Source of the DNA: a virus
Strand: one strand, 5' to 3'
Virus record (IMG/VR): IMGVR_UViG_3300045988_168500
Span: 1 to 41,306 of that record
DNA: 41,306 nt
Positions within the stretch are counted from its first letter, which is position 1. Each line of letters begins with the position of its first letter. The notes beneath the pieces were generated by a model that was not told the DNA's origin, did not search any database, and saw only the letters and a list, made by a program, of their open reading frames with translations. The position numbers were made by a program, and so were the translations under genes. Shown piece by piece: positions 33,274 to 41,306 of the stretch.

Positions 33274-33756
33274 ATGAAACACCTAGAAGATTTGACAGTT
33301 AAAGAATTAAGACAAGCAGCAAAAGAACTAAATGTAAAAGGAAGAAGCAAAATGAATAAGGCAGAATTAATTGAAGCCTTAAAGACAAGAGAACCAAAGA
33401 AAGAAAAAACAGAAGAAAAGACTAATCAAGAAGCTAATCAAAACACAGATCATAAAGTAGTAAGAAAAATAGTACAAAATAAAAATACAGATTCTAAAGG
33501 ACTAATCAGAATATGGCACGATGTAGTAAGAACATTACCGGTAGGAACACCAGTAACAGTTAAGATGTTTTCAGATGAAGATGTAATAAAAACATTTACT
33601 GGAAGACTTAAAGAAGGCAATAGAAAAAGGGATGATGGATTACCAGATGTTTTTATAAAGATACATGCTAAAAAACCTTTCAATATACAGTTATACGATA
33701 ATATTCAAGTATTCATGACAGAAAAAGATTATCAGAAAGCAAGATATGGTGAGTAA
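33274..33756 (+). CDS. protein with an N-terminal Rho_N/SAP-like DNA/RNA-binding motif
   Basis: LTVKELRQAAKELNVKGRSKMNKAELIEAL. Confidence 0.6.
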   Translation: MKHLEDLTVKELRQAAKELNVKGRSKMNKAELIEALKTREPKKEKTEEKTNQEANQNTDHKVVRKIVQNKNTDSKGLIRIWHDVVRTLPVGTPVTVKMFSDEDVIKTFTGRLKEGNRKRDDGLPDVFIKIHAKKPFNIQLYDNIQVFMTEKDYQKARYGE

Positions 33757-33811
33757 TTTTTATACTCTAAAATAAATTCTGAGTAGTAAAGAGAAGGGGG
33801 AAAGATAAAAA

Positions 33812-33931
33812 ATGGTAGTTTATTTCAAAGATGAGGAAACAATGGTTATAGAAACAGAAGGCAACAAAGTAGAAATCAAAATAAAAGATAAAAATCAAGA
33901 TAAAAACTTGAAATTAGAGTTTGAAAAATAG
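33812..33931 (+). CDS. small hypothetical protein (39 aa)
   Basis: AAGGGGGAAAG RBS. Translation: MVVYFKDEETMVIETEGNKVEIKIKDKNQDKNLKLEFEK*. Confidence 0.4.
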   Translation: MVVYFKDEETMVIETEGNKVEIKIKDKNQDKNLKLEFEK

Positions 33932-33950
33932 CTAGAAAAGTTAAAGTAAA

Positions 33951-33993
33951 ATCAAGTCGAGAGTGCACTAAATGCGGTGTTTACTGACTTGAT
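33951..33993. promoter_or_regulatory. hairpin upstream of rep; candidate rolling-circle origin (nick site)
   Basis: ATCAAGTC (33951-58) is inverted to GACTTGAT (33986-93). The loop contains the palindrome AGTGCACT. Confidence 0.4.
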
Positions 33994-34066
33994 AATACTA
34001 TTAACTTTAGAACATATATAATAAATAATTTTAATTTATATTATTTATGATTTGGGGGAAGTAAAA

Positions 34067-34825
34067 ATGTCATATATACAAAAGACAATAATATCAGGGA
34101 AAGTAGTAGAAGTTATAAAACAGTATGACAAAAAATACTTCCCTAAAGGTAAACATACTAAGTTTAAGAAAAGTGATATTAGAGGACCAAAAGAAAATAA
34201 AACTACTGAACAACAAGAAAAAGTGAATTATAGACAAAAAGAATTAAAACTTACGAGAATATTAAATTGTAACTTTCAAGGTGGAGATTATCATATAGTT
34301 TTTTCTTATAAAGAAGATCTTAGACCAAATAGCATAGAAGAGTTAAAAGATGATAAAAAGAAGTTGCTAAGAAAAGTAAGAACTGAATATAAAAAACAAG
34401 GAAAAGAACTTAAATATATAGCAGTAGCGGAAGTAGGAAAAAGAAAAGCATTACATTTTCATTTTGTAGTTAATGCTATAGATACTTCTATATTCCAAAA
34501 GTGCTGGAATAAAGGATTTATCAAGATTAGCTTACTGGATAAAAGTGGACAATATAAAGATTTAGCAGCTTATTTATTAAAATATACTAAAACAAATAAA
34601 GAAGAAGCTAAACAACTTAATGGTGCTGCATGGAACAGTAGTAAAAATTTAGACAAGCCAGTTGTAAAAGTAAAAGTAATAACAAGAAGTCAATTCTTTA
34701 AAGAAGAAGTAACACAATCAAAAGAATATAGAGACTATTATTTAGAAAAAGATAGTGTTTATACAGGCTTTAATGAATTTACAGGATACAAATATTTTAA
34801 ATACACATTAGTAAAGTTAAATTGA
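34067..34825 (+). CDS. HUH-type rolling-circle replication initiator (Rep)
   Basis: Motif I-like YHIVFSY, HUH motif ALHFHFVVNAI, Tyr motif AAYLLKYTK. ATG 34067 follows GGGGGAAG; the track start is TTG 34052. Confidence 0.65.
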   Translation: MSYIQKTIISGKVVEVIKQYDKKYFPKGKHTKFKKSDIRGPKENKTTEQQEKVNYRQKELKLTRILNCNFQGGDYHIVFSYKEDLRPNSIEELKDDKKKLLRKVRTEYKKQGKELKYIAVAEVGKRKALHFHFVVNAIDTSIFQKCWNKGFIKISLLDKSGQYKDLAAYLLKYTKTNKEEAKQLNGAAWNSSKNLDKPVVKVKVITRSQFFKEEVTQSKEYRDYYLEKDSVYTGFNEFTGYKYFKYTLVKLN

Positions 34826-34841
34826 CAGGGGAAAGGGTAAT

Positions 34842-35033
34842 ATGGATGAATTAAATTATTTAATATTAAATTACGATATACCATTTCATATAACAGAGGA
34901 TGTTAGTAGACGAGTGACAGATTGGATAGCATTAGGGGGAAATGAAGATGATGGATATATAATGCAACAAGTGAGATATATAAAAAAATATTTAGAAGTG
35001 ACAAATCAAATACAAGGAGATAAAAATGAGTAA
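34842..35033 (+). CDS. hypothetical protein
   Basis: 63 aa with a good RBS. Confidence 0.55.
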   Translation: MDELNYLILNYDIPFHITEDVSRRVTDWIALGGNEDDGYIMQQVRYIKKYLEVTNQIQGDKNE

Positions 35034-35463
35034 ATATAGTAAAACGTATTATCTAAGAGAAAAAACAGAAGATTCCGAACAAATGCAAATTATAAATTAC
35101 TGTAATAGTATGAGCGCATATATACCAGAATATGAAATGATTTATCATATACCGAATGAAGGTAAAAGAAAAAATGGGGCTAAGCTAAAAAGAATTGGAT
35201 TAAGAAAAGGTGTGCCAGATTTGTGTATGCCAGTACCTCGAATGGGATTTCATGGCCTATACATAGAACTTAAAAAAGATAGTACTAAAAAGGCAAGTAA
35301 AGAGCAACAGGAATGGCTATTTAAGTTAGAACAACAAGGATATGCAACATCACTTTGTTATGGAGCTAATGAAGCAATTAATCTTATAACTGCTTATATG
35401 GATTCTGATTATGAGACATTCAAAGATAATTATAGAAATGCGAAAGGTGAAAAAAGATACTAA
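35026..35463 (+). CDS. VRR-NUC domain nuclease
   Basis: HIPNEGKR...GLRKGVPDLCMPV...GLYIELKKD...SKEQQEWL. Confidence 0.85.
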   Translation: MSKYSKTYYLREKTEDSEQMQIINYCNSMSAYIPEYEMIYHIPNEGKRKNGAKLKRIGLRKGVPDLCMPVPRMGFHGLYIELKKDSTKKASKEQQEWLFKLEQQGYATSLCYGANEAINLITAYMDSDYETFKDNYRNAKGEKRY

Positions 35464-35478
35464 TAGGGGGAATAAACA

Positions 35479-36447
35479 GTGATAATAGATAAATTTATTG
35501 TACACATGCTGGATATAAATTTAGACAAACCGATGTTAGCTGACTTTATAGGAAAAAATTATTCAGATGTAGATAAGTTTTTAAAGAAACTTATAAATAA
35601 AGCTAAGAAAAACAAAGATACAGTAAGAGCAAAATGGAAAAATGATAATTTTATACAAAATTGTTGTAGTTCAATTTTTAATGATGAAAATAACTTTACA
35701 GAAGCAAGTAAACAAATAGCAGCACATTATTATCAACTAATGCAAAATAATAGCCAAACAGAACCAGTAACACTTGTTATATGTCAATATACTGAAAAAA
35801 GTGCTAAAAATATAGTAATTATGAGATTAGAAAATAAAAAAACATATAATACAACAGTGGATTTAATCAATGAAAAATTTAATATAAACATAATTGAAAA
35901 CAAAAAAACTATATCAACGACATTAGAACAGTGTGTACTGATACCTGAACCAGATTTGGTTGAATTGTATCAATTATTAGTATTGGATAAAGAATCAAAT
36001 AAAAAAACACTTTGGACTGAAAATTTTTTAGAAGCTGAAATAATTAGAGATGATACATATAAAACAAAAGTTTTTATAGATATGGCTCAAATGTACATTG
36101 ATACAAATTTCAATCAAATGGATAAAAAAGAAAATGCTATAAAAATATTGCATAGTATGCTTGATACTACAAGCAATATGGATATAGATAAATTTATTTT
36201 TTTAAGTGAAATAGATAGAGCTATAAAAATAAGTTTAGAAAAATATGACATATACAATAGTTTTAATATAGATAAAAATGTAGTAGAAAAAGAATTTAAA
36301 ACAAGATCAATAAAAACAGATACTGGATTTGTTATAAAAAATAAATTTTATGATTTTGAAGATGAAAGTAAATACAGAATTATAAATAATCCAGATGGAA
36401 CAACGGATTTATTGATAAAAAATATTCAGTATTTCAAGGAGGGGTAG
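35479..36447 (+). CDS. nucleoid-associated protein, NdpA/YejK-like
   Basis: IIDKFIVHMLD N-terminus. Size and overall pattern resemble PF04245 as I remember it. GTG start after AGGGGG. Confidence 0.5.
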   Translation: MIIDKFIVHMLDINLDKPMLADFIGKNYSDVDKFLKKLINKAKKNKDTVRAKWKNDNFIQNCCSSIFNDENNFTEASKQIAAHYYQLMQNNSQTEPVTLVICQYTEKSAKNIVIMRLENKKTYNTTVDLINEKFNINIIENKKTISTTLEQCVLIPEPDLVELYQLLVLDKESNKKTLWTENFLEAEIIRDDTYKTKVFIDMAQMYIDTNFNQMDKKENAIKILHSMLDTTSNMDIDKFIFLSEIDRAIKISLEKYDIYNSFNIDKNVVEKEFKTRSIKTDTGFVIKNKFYDFEDESKYRIINNPDGTTDLLIKNIQYFKEG

Positions 36448-36449
36448 AT

Positions 36450-37235
36450 ATGAATGATTTACAGGTAATTTATAATCAAGAAGTTTTAGGACAAGAGTTT
36501 AAAATCTATGGAACAAAAGAAGAACCATTATTCTTAGCGAAAGATGTTGCAAACTGGATAGAACATAATAAACCAAATGAAATGATAAAAAATGTTGACG
36601 AAGATGAAAAGCTAAAGGCGATAATAACGCACTCAGGTCAAGGTAGAGAAATGTGGTTTTTAACAGAAAATGGTTTATATGAAGTATTAATGCAAAGTAG
36701 AAAGCCAATAGCAAAACAATTTAAAAAACAGGTAAAACAAATATTAAAACAGATAAGAAAGACTGGAGGATATATACCAGTAGCAGAAGATGAAGATGAT
36801 GCAACTATAATGGCAAGGGCTTTATTATTAGCAAAGAAGACAATAGATAATAAAAATAAGGAGTTAGAAGAAAAGAAAAAAGAACTGGAAGATAAAAATA
36901 GATTTATAAATCAAATAGCAGAATCTAGAAATTCATTATTAGTAAGAGAAGTAGCTAAAATAATTTCTAAATCAGATAGTAATATCCTAATAGGTGAGAA
37001 AAGATTGTATGAGAAGCTTAGAGAGTGGGGCTGGGTAACTTATAAAGGAACAGAACCAAAGCAATATGCATTAGACAGAGGATATTTAGAGGTAAAAGAG
37101 GGGACAGTTACAAATCAATCAGGGACATTTACATATTATACAACGAAAGTAACAGGAAAAGGACAGAAACGAATACTTGAAAAACTGTTAAAAGAACAAT
37201 CAGAGAAAAATAAACAGTTAGAGATAGACATTTAA
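36450..37235 (+). CDS. antirepressor (Bro-N + KilAC/ANT domains)
   Basis: N-terminal FKIYGTKEEPLFLAKDVANWIEH..MWFLTENGLYEVLMQS. C-terminal LLVREVAKII..LREWGWV. Confidence 0.8.
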   Translation: MNDLQVIYNQEVLGQEFKIYGTKEEPLFLAKDVANWIEHNKPNEMIKNVDEDEKLKAIITHSGQGREMWFLTENGLYEVLMQSRKPIAKQFKKQVKQILKQIRKTGGYIPVAEDEDDATIMARALLLAKKTIDNKNKELEEKKKELEDKNRFINQIAESRNSLLVREVAKIISKSDSNILIGEKRLYEKLREWGWVTYKGTEPKQYALDRGYLEVKEGTVTNQSGTFTYYTTKVTGKGQKRILEKLLKEQSEKNKQLEIDI

Positions 37236-37296
37236 CTTAAAAGACCTTCTAATTTAGAAATTTACAAGATTAGAAGGTCATAAAGGGGGAGCAAAA

Positions 37297-37884
37297 ATGT
37301 ATGAAGCTGTAAAAGAAATTACAAATGAGTTGGTAAAAAGAAAATATATAAAAGAACCTAAAGATTTAATGTTACATGTAGACTCACAATTAGATAAATA
37401 CTGCTTTAAATTTAGCAGTGAATTACAAAAAGAAGAATTAAAAAAGAGCATAATAGAAAATGCAATAAAAGAACGAGAAAAAAATGTTATAGCTCAAATA
37501 GAGAAAAAAACTCAGGTGAAAAAATCAAGACGAGAAGGAAGAAGTTTTATAGTAGTTAATTTCTGTAAAAATGGTAAAATTCATTCTTATAATTCTTTAG
37601 CAGAAGGATGTAAAAAAATGAAGTTAGATCCAAGCAGAGTAGGAGAGTTTTTAAGAGGAGAAGATCATTATTATTTACCACGAAAAAAGAAATGGATTAT
37701 CAATACAGATATGGAGGAGAATGAAGTGATAATAGAACACCTAGAAGAAATAGTAGAAAATGCACGAGAAATATATGAAACAGAAAATAAATGTGAATAT
37801 ACAGGGAAAATGAATATGAGAGAAGCTATTGATATGGCTATAAAGATAACAGAAGAAAGAATAAAAAATGAATATAGATTTTAA
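37297..37884 (+). CDS. hypothetical protein
   Basis: 195 aa with a good RBS. No confident family assignment. Confidence 0.55.
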   Translation: MYEAVKEITNELVKRKYIKEPKDLMLHVDSQLDKYCFKFSSELQKEELKKSIIENAIKEREKNVIAQIEKKTQVKKSRREGRSFIVVNFCKNGKIHSYNSLAEGCKKMKLDPSRVGEFLRGEDHYYLPRKKKWIINTDMEENEVIIEHLEEIVENAREIYETENKCEYTGKMNMREAIDMAIKITEERIKNEYRF

Positions 37885-37896
37885 GGAGAAGTAGGA

Positions 37897-38328
37897 ATGA
37901 TTAAATATATATGTGATTGTTGTGGAAAAGAAATAAAAAAAGGTGAGATTAAACAAATAAAAGTACATGATAATTATACCAATAGAGTAGAAAAGGAAGG
38001 AATACATTGGTGTAAAGATTGTGTATCTAATAATGGAAAACCTGGATTTAATTTTCCTATTTTAGATACATCAGAAATAGAATTCGAAATAGAACTAGAA
38101 AAATTAAAAGAAGAAACAGAAGAATTATTAGGAGCTGTAATTAAATATAAAACAAATGAATTTGAATCGATAGATAATGTAGTAGAGGAAAGCTATGATG
38201 TAATACAAGTAGTAATTAACATTATTGACAGATTAGGAGTTATGGATTATATGACAGAAGGCTTAGAAAAACATATAGAGAAGCTAAAAGGCAGAGGGTG
38301 GAAGTTTAAAGAGGTGAGTAAAGAATGA
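37897..38328 (+). CDS. zinc-ribbon + MazG-like nucleotide pyrophosphohydrolase
   Basis: CDCCG...CKDC ribbon, then LKEETEELLGAV...VEESYDVIQVVINIIDRLG, an EExxE...D type four-helix motif. Confidence 0.6.
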   Translation: MIKYICDCCGKEIKKGEIKQIKVHDNYTNRVEKEGIHWCKDCVSNNGKPGFNFPILDTSEIEFEIELEKLKEETEELLGAVIKYKTNEFESIDNVVEESYDVIQVVINIIDRLGVMDYMTEGLEKHIEKLKGRGWKFKEVSKE

Positions 38329-38489
38329 AATTAATTTTATTTATAGGAATTTCATTAGTTTTTAGCAGCGGTTTTGTAGCAGGAGCAACATGGAATTACA
38401 TACATACTGTTAATAGACAAGTAGAACGTATAGATAGATATTTAGAAGAAGAAACAAGAAAATTTAAAGAAAAAGAGGGGAATAGATAA
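38325..38489 (+). CDS. small membrane protein (54 aa)
   Basis: ATGA overlap upstream and TAATG overlap downstream. Translation begins MKLILFIGISLVFSSGFVAGATW... Confidence 0.5.
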   Translation: MKLILFIGISLVFSSGFVAGATWNYIHTVNRQVERIDRYLEEETRKFKEKEGNR

Positions 38490-38911
38490 TGAATAGTGTA
38501 GTATTGGTTGGTAGATTAACAAAGGACCCAGAACTAAGATATATACCTGGTACTGGAACTGCAGTTGCAACATTTACAATGGCAATAAATAGATATTACA
38601 AGAAAAAAGATGGAAAAATAGAAACAGACTTCATACCTGTACAAGTTATAGGAAAAGCAGCTGAATTTTGTGCAAATTATATAACAAAAGGTAGATTAGT
38701 AGCAATTCAAGGAAGCATAAGAGTAGATAGATATGAAACACAAACAGGGGAGAATAGAACATTTACAAAGGTAAGTGCAAGAAATATAAAACCTTTGGAC
38801 TATGTGAAAAATGACAATAGCAATTCAGATACAAATCCAAGTTTTGAACCTGCAGAAGGATTAGATCCAAATGGTTTTACAGCCATAGACGATGAAGATA
38901 TACCCTTTTGA
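38489..38911 (+). CDS. ssb: single-stranded DNA-binding protein
   Basis: MNSVVLVGRLTKDPELRY OB-fold start and an acidic C-terminal tip DDEDIPF. Confidence 0.9.
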   Translation: MNSVVLVGRLTKDPELRYIPGTGTAVATFTMAINRYYKKKDGKIETDFIPVQVIGKAAEFCANYITKGRLVAIQGSIRVDRYETQTGENRTFTKVSARNIKPLDYVKNDNSNSDTNPSFEPAEGLDPNGFTAIDDEDIPF

Positions 38912-39200
38912 TGCTTCAATTCTTGATAATTATAAAATAAAGACGTTTAAAGACAGAAAAGGAAATATAAAAAATATAGTAGCAAAAACAGATGATTTTG
39001 AGAGTATAGAAACGTTCTATAACTACTTAGTAGAAAATAATATACATATAAATTATCAAGATATAAAAGAAGCTTATATTAGATATTACAGTATGTTACC
39101 AAAGAGAACTGAAATAGCAGAATATATACAGGAGCAAGAAGGATACACATTCTGTAAAAAAGGTAGAGGTGCAAGTAAAGTTTATACTGTAGAGTTATAA
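38892..39200 (+). CDS. hypothetical protein
   Basis: 102-aa ORF overlapping the ssb end. No clear RBS. Confidence 0.45.
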   Translation: MKIYPFDASILDNYKIKTFKDRKGNIKNIVAKTDDFESIETFYNYLVENNIHINYQDIKEAYIRYYSMLPKRTEIAEYIQEQEGYTFCKKGRGASKVYTVEL

Positions 39201-39251
39201 AAAACTAATAAATATCCTAGGAGTATATCTCCTAGGTGAAAGGAGTTTGAG

Positions 39252-39524
39252 ATGAAAAAGATAACAAAAGAAAGATTAAGATATATAGCAAATGATATAG
39301 AGACAATAGAAATATCCAAAATAACTAATGACATTCTAGCTATAGCACTTAAAAGAACTATAAATAGAAATGCAAGTAACGAAGAGTATGCACGTTTTTG
39401 CATGCAAGAAATATTAAAAAGAAATATATACATACATTTTGATAATTCACTAAAACATGGAGAAATAAAAATACATTTTAAAAATGGAGATGTAAGAAAT
39501 TATTCATTGTTAGTAGATAAATAA
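39252..39524 (+). CDS. hypothetical protein
   Basis: GAAAGGAG RBS. 90 aa. Confidence 0.55.
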   Translation: MKKITKERLRYIANDIETIEISKITNDILAIALKRTINRNASNEEYARFCMQEILKRNIYIHFDNSLKHGEIKIHFKNGDVRNYSLLVDK

Positions 39525-39542
39525 AGGGGTGAATTAAACAAG

Positions 39543-40091
39543 ATGAATATAGCAGAGAGAAATGAATTAATAGAAGATAATTTAAATCTAGTCTATTTTA
39601 TGATCGAAAAACACTTTGCAACTTATGTAGATAGAGATGAGTTGATAGGTATAGGATATGAAGGAATTATAAAAGCTGCAGATAAGTTTGATAAAAGTAA
39701 AAATATAAAGTTTTGTACTTTTGCTTGTAAATGTATTCACAATGAGATTACTAAATATTTAAATGCATTAAATTACCATTGTAGAAAAGCAAATATGGTA
39801 GCTTGTTCAATTGATAATAAAATAGAAGATTGCATAGGAGAAGATTTAACTTTTAAAGAAGTTTTTAATATTAATGAAGACTATTCTATAGTTGTTGCAG
39901 AAGAAATATTAAATAGAGCTAATTCTTTAGTTGCAAATGGTAGATTTATTTTAGAAAAAAGAATTGCTGGATATACATTTAGAGAGATAGGCCAAATGTT
40001 GAATATAACAGGCCAAGCTGTGATGAAAAGGTTATCTATAATAAGACAGTATTTAAATTTAAAAGAGGCGGACAATGAAAACATTAACTAA
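39543..40091 (+). CDS. sigma-70 family RNA polymerase sigma factor
   Basis: Region 2: DELIGIGYEGIIKAADKFD..FCTFACKCIHNEI. Region 4 HTH: GYTFREIGQMLNITGQAVMKRL. Confidence 0.8.
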   Translation: MNIAERNELIEDNLNLVYFMIEKHFATYVDRDELIGIGYEGIIKAADKFDKSKNIKFCTFACKCIHNEITKYLNALNYHCRKANMVACSIDNKIEDCIGEDLTFKEVFNINEDYSIVVAEEILNRANSLVANGRFILEKRIAGYTFREIGQMLNITGQAVMKRLSIIRQYLNLKEADNENIN

Positions 40092-40447
40092 ATTTGAAAA
40101 AGAAGAAATAAAAACAATCAAGTATGAGCAACTAAGTTTTATATAGAGGTGAAAGTCTATGAAAATAAAAACAATTCAATATTTGCAAATCCTTGTAAAC
40201 AAGGTTATGAGATTTGAGGATTACTTAGTCCAATAGTTTGACAAACCACATTGAGGTAATGTGAATCGTTTTAGGTGAGTGAATGAAATGTAAAATGGAT
40301 TTAAATAGCCTGAGTGGATATAAGGAGTAAGTCAAACACTCGGTTGGGAAGCCTATCCATTACCTATATAGATTAAGAAATTGATTTATATAGGTGTGAA
40401 TATTGAACTTAAATGAGTTAAGGATATTACAAAATTATCCTTTAGAA
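40092..40447 (+). other. 356-nt non-coding, hairpin-rich leader (possible structured RNA)
   Basis: Hairpins: AAATCCTTG-TAAA-CAAGG..GATTT, CACATT-GAGGT-AATGTG, TGGATA..TATCCA, CCTATATA-N17-TATATAGG. Only a 25-aa ORF (40159-40236) is present. Confidence 0.3.
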
Positions 40448-41306
40448 ATGAAAATAGGGAGAACAAAACAACGAATTAGAGAATGGGTTGATTATTATGG
40501 TGAGAATGGAACATATATAAGTTTTAGTGGTGGGAAGGATAGTACAGTTTTATTAGACATAGTAAGAAGTATATATCCTGATATCGAAGCAGTTTTTATA
40601 AATACAGGACTTGAATATCCAGAGATTTATAAATTTGTTAAAACTTTTAAAAATGTTACCATTCTTAAGCCAGAAATGAATTTTAAACAGGTTATAAATA
40701 CATATGGCTATCCAGTAATCAGCAAAGAAAATAGTCAATACATATATGAAATAAGACATAGTACTAAAAAAATGAGACAAAGACGATTATATGGAGACAG
40801 TAAAGGGAGATTTAAACTTCCTAATAAGTATCATTACTTAATAGATGCACCGTTTGAAATATCAAATAAATGCTGCGAAGTTATGAAAAAACGACCTGTA
40901 AAGAAATTTGAAAAAGAAACAGGTAAAGTTACTATTATTGGAACTATGGCAGAAGAAAGTAGTTTAAGACAACAAAGTTACTTACAACATGGGTGTAATG
41001 CATTTGAAAGCAAAAGACCTGTAAGTACACCACTTGGATTTTGGAAGCAACAAGATGTACTAGAGTACATTTATAAGAATGATCTAAAAATAGCAAGTGT
41101 TTATGGCGAAGTTATAGAAGATAAAAATTTACTTGATGAATGTACATATAGAACTACTGGATGCGAAAGGACAGGTTGTATTTACTGCTTATACGGAATA
41201 CAGTGCGATACAACACCTAATAGAATACAAAGACTAAAGAAAACACATACAAAGCAATATAACTATTGCATTAACAAATTAAAGTTAGGTGAAGTATTAG
41301 ATTACA
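40448..41306 (+). CDS. PAPS reductase / PP-loop ATP-pyrophosphatase family protein (DndC/BrxP-like); runs off the window end and finishes at 72
   Basis: YISFSGGKDSTVLLDIV PP-loop and a C-terminal Cys cluster CERTGCIYC. Absent from the ORF track because there is no stop before the window end. Confidence 0.85.
   Translation, partial: MKIGRTKQRIREWVDYYGENGTYISFSGGKDSTVLLDIVRSIYPDIEAVFINTGLEYPEIYKFVKTFKNVTILKPEMNFKQVINTYGYPVISKENSQYIYEIRHSTKKMRQRRLYGDSKGRFKLPNKYHYLIDAPFEISNKCCEVMKKRPVKKFEKETGKVTIIGTMAEESSLRQQSYLQHGCNAFESKRPVSTPLGFWKQQDVLEYIYKNDLKIASVYGEVIEDKNLLDECTYRTTGCERTGCIYCLYGIQCDTTPNRIQRLKKTHTKQYNYCINKLKLGEVLDY
41252..41306. repeat. second copy of the 55-bp terminal repeat
   Basis: Identical to 1-55. 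Confidence 0.95.

Noticed and set aside
40092-40447. Known riboswitch (SAM-I/S-box, c-di-GMP-I, preQ1) upstream of the PAPS-reductase-like gene
   Set aside because: Conserved cores recalled from memory are not present. The region is kept only as an unclassified structured leader. An Infernal scan would be needed to be certain.

Overview
The window appears to be a complete, circularly closed genome: its first 55 nt are identical to its last 55 nt, leaving about 41.25 kb of unique sequence. It looks like a temperate siphovirus-type phage, or a phage-plasmid, from a very AT-rich Firmicute. The Clostridium-like assignment rests on codon usage, strong AGGAGG-type RBSs and frequent TAATG/ATGA gene coupling; GC content was judged by eye, not computed. 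Almost all genes are on the + strand.

Gene order, first part: a PAPS-reductase-like gene (wraps the junction), DUF1653, LemA plus a 2-TM partner, YopX plus a decayed YopX copy, an ArpU/RinA-type late regulator, and a terminator-bounded moron pair that includes a lipoprotein.

Packaging and head genes: HNH endonuclease, a G/C-tract island (candidate cos), TerS, TerL, portal, ClpP-type prohead protease, HK97-type capsid, and neck proteins.

Tail and lysis genes: major tail protein, G/GT chaperone with a -1 slippery heptamer, tape measure, Dit, a 1546-aa Tal with SH3 + NlpC/P60 + 3D lytic domains, a 944-aa BppU-type receptor-binding protein with an embedded metallophosphoesterase, holin, and amidase endolysin.

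An accessory/lysogeny island follows. It holds a GC-rich repeat element, an AT-rich iteron field, a XerC/D-type tyrosine recombinase (-) and a heavily palindromic leader. Next come a 'replication-relaxation' wHTH-nuclease + FtsK/TcpA-like ATPase operon, a 50-bp inverted repeat (candidate attP), a large serine recombinase (-), and two XRE regulators with a three-operator switch.

The early region carries an HUH rolling-circle Rep with an upstream hairpin, VRR-NUC, an NdpA-like protein, a Bro-N/KilAC antirepressor, a Zn-ribbon-MazG protein, SSB and a sigma-70-family factor.

I saw no tRNA, rRNA, CRISPR array, reverse transcriptase or recognisable toxin gene. The most unusual content is the plasmid/ICE-type DNA-translocation cassette, bracketed by two recombinases of different families, inside a tailed-phage genome. 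All family assignments are from reading motifs by eye; no database search was run.
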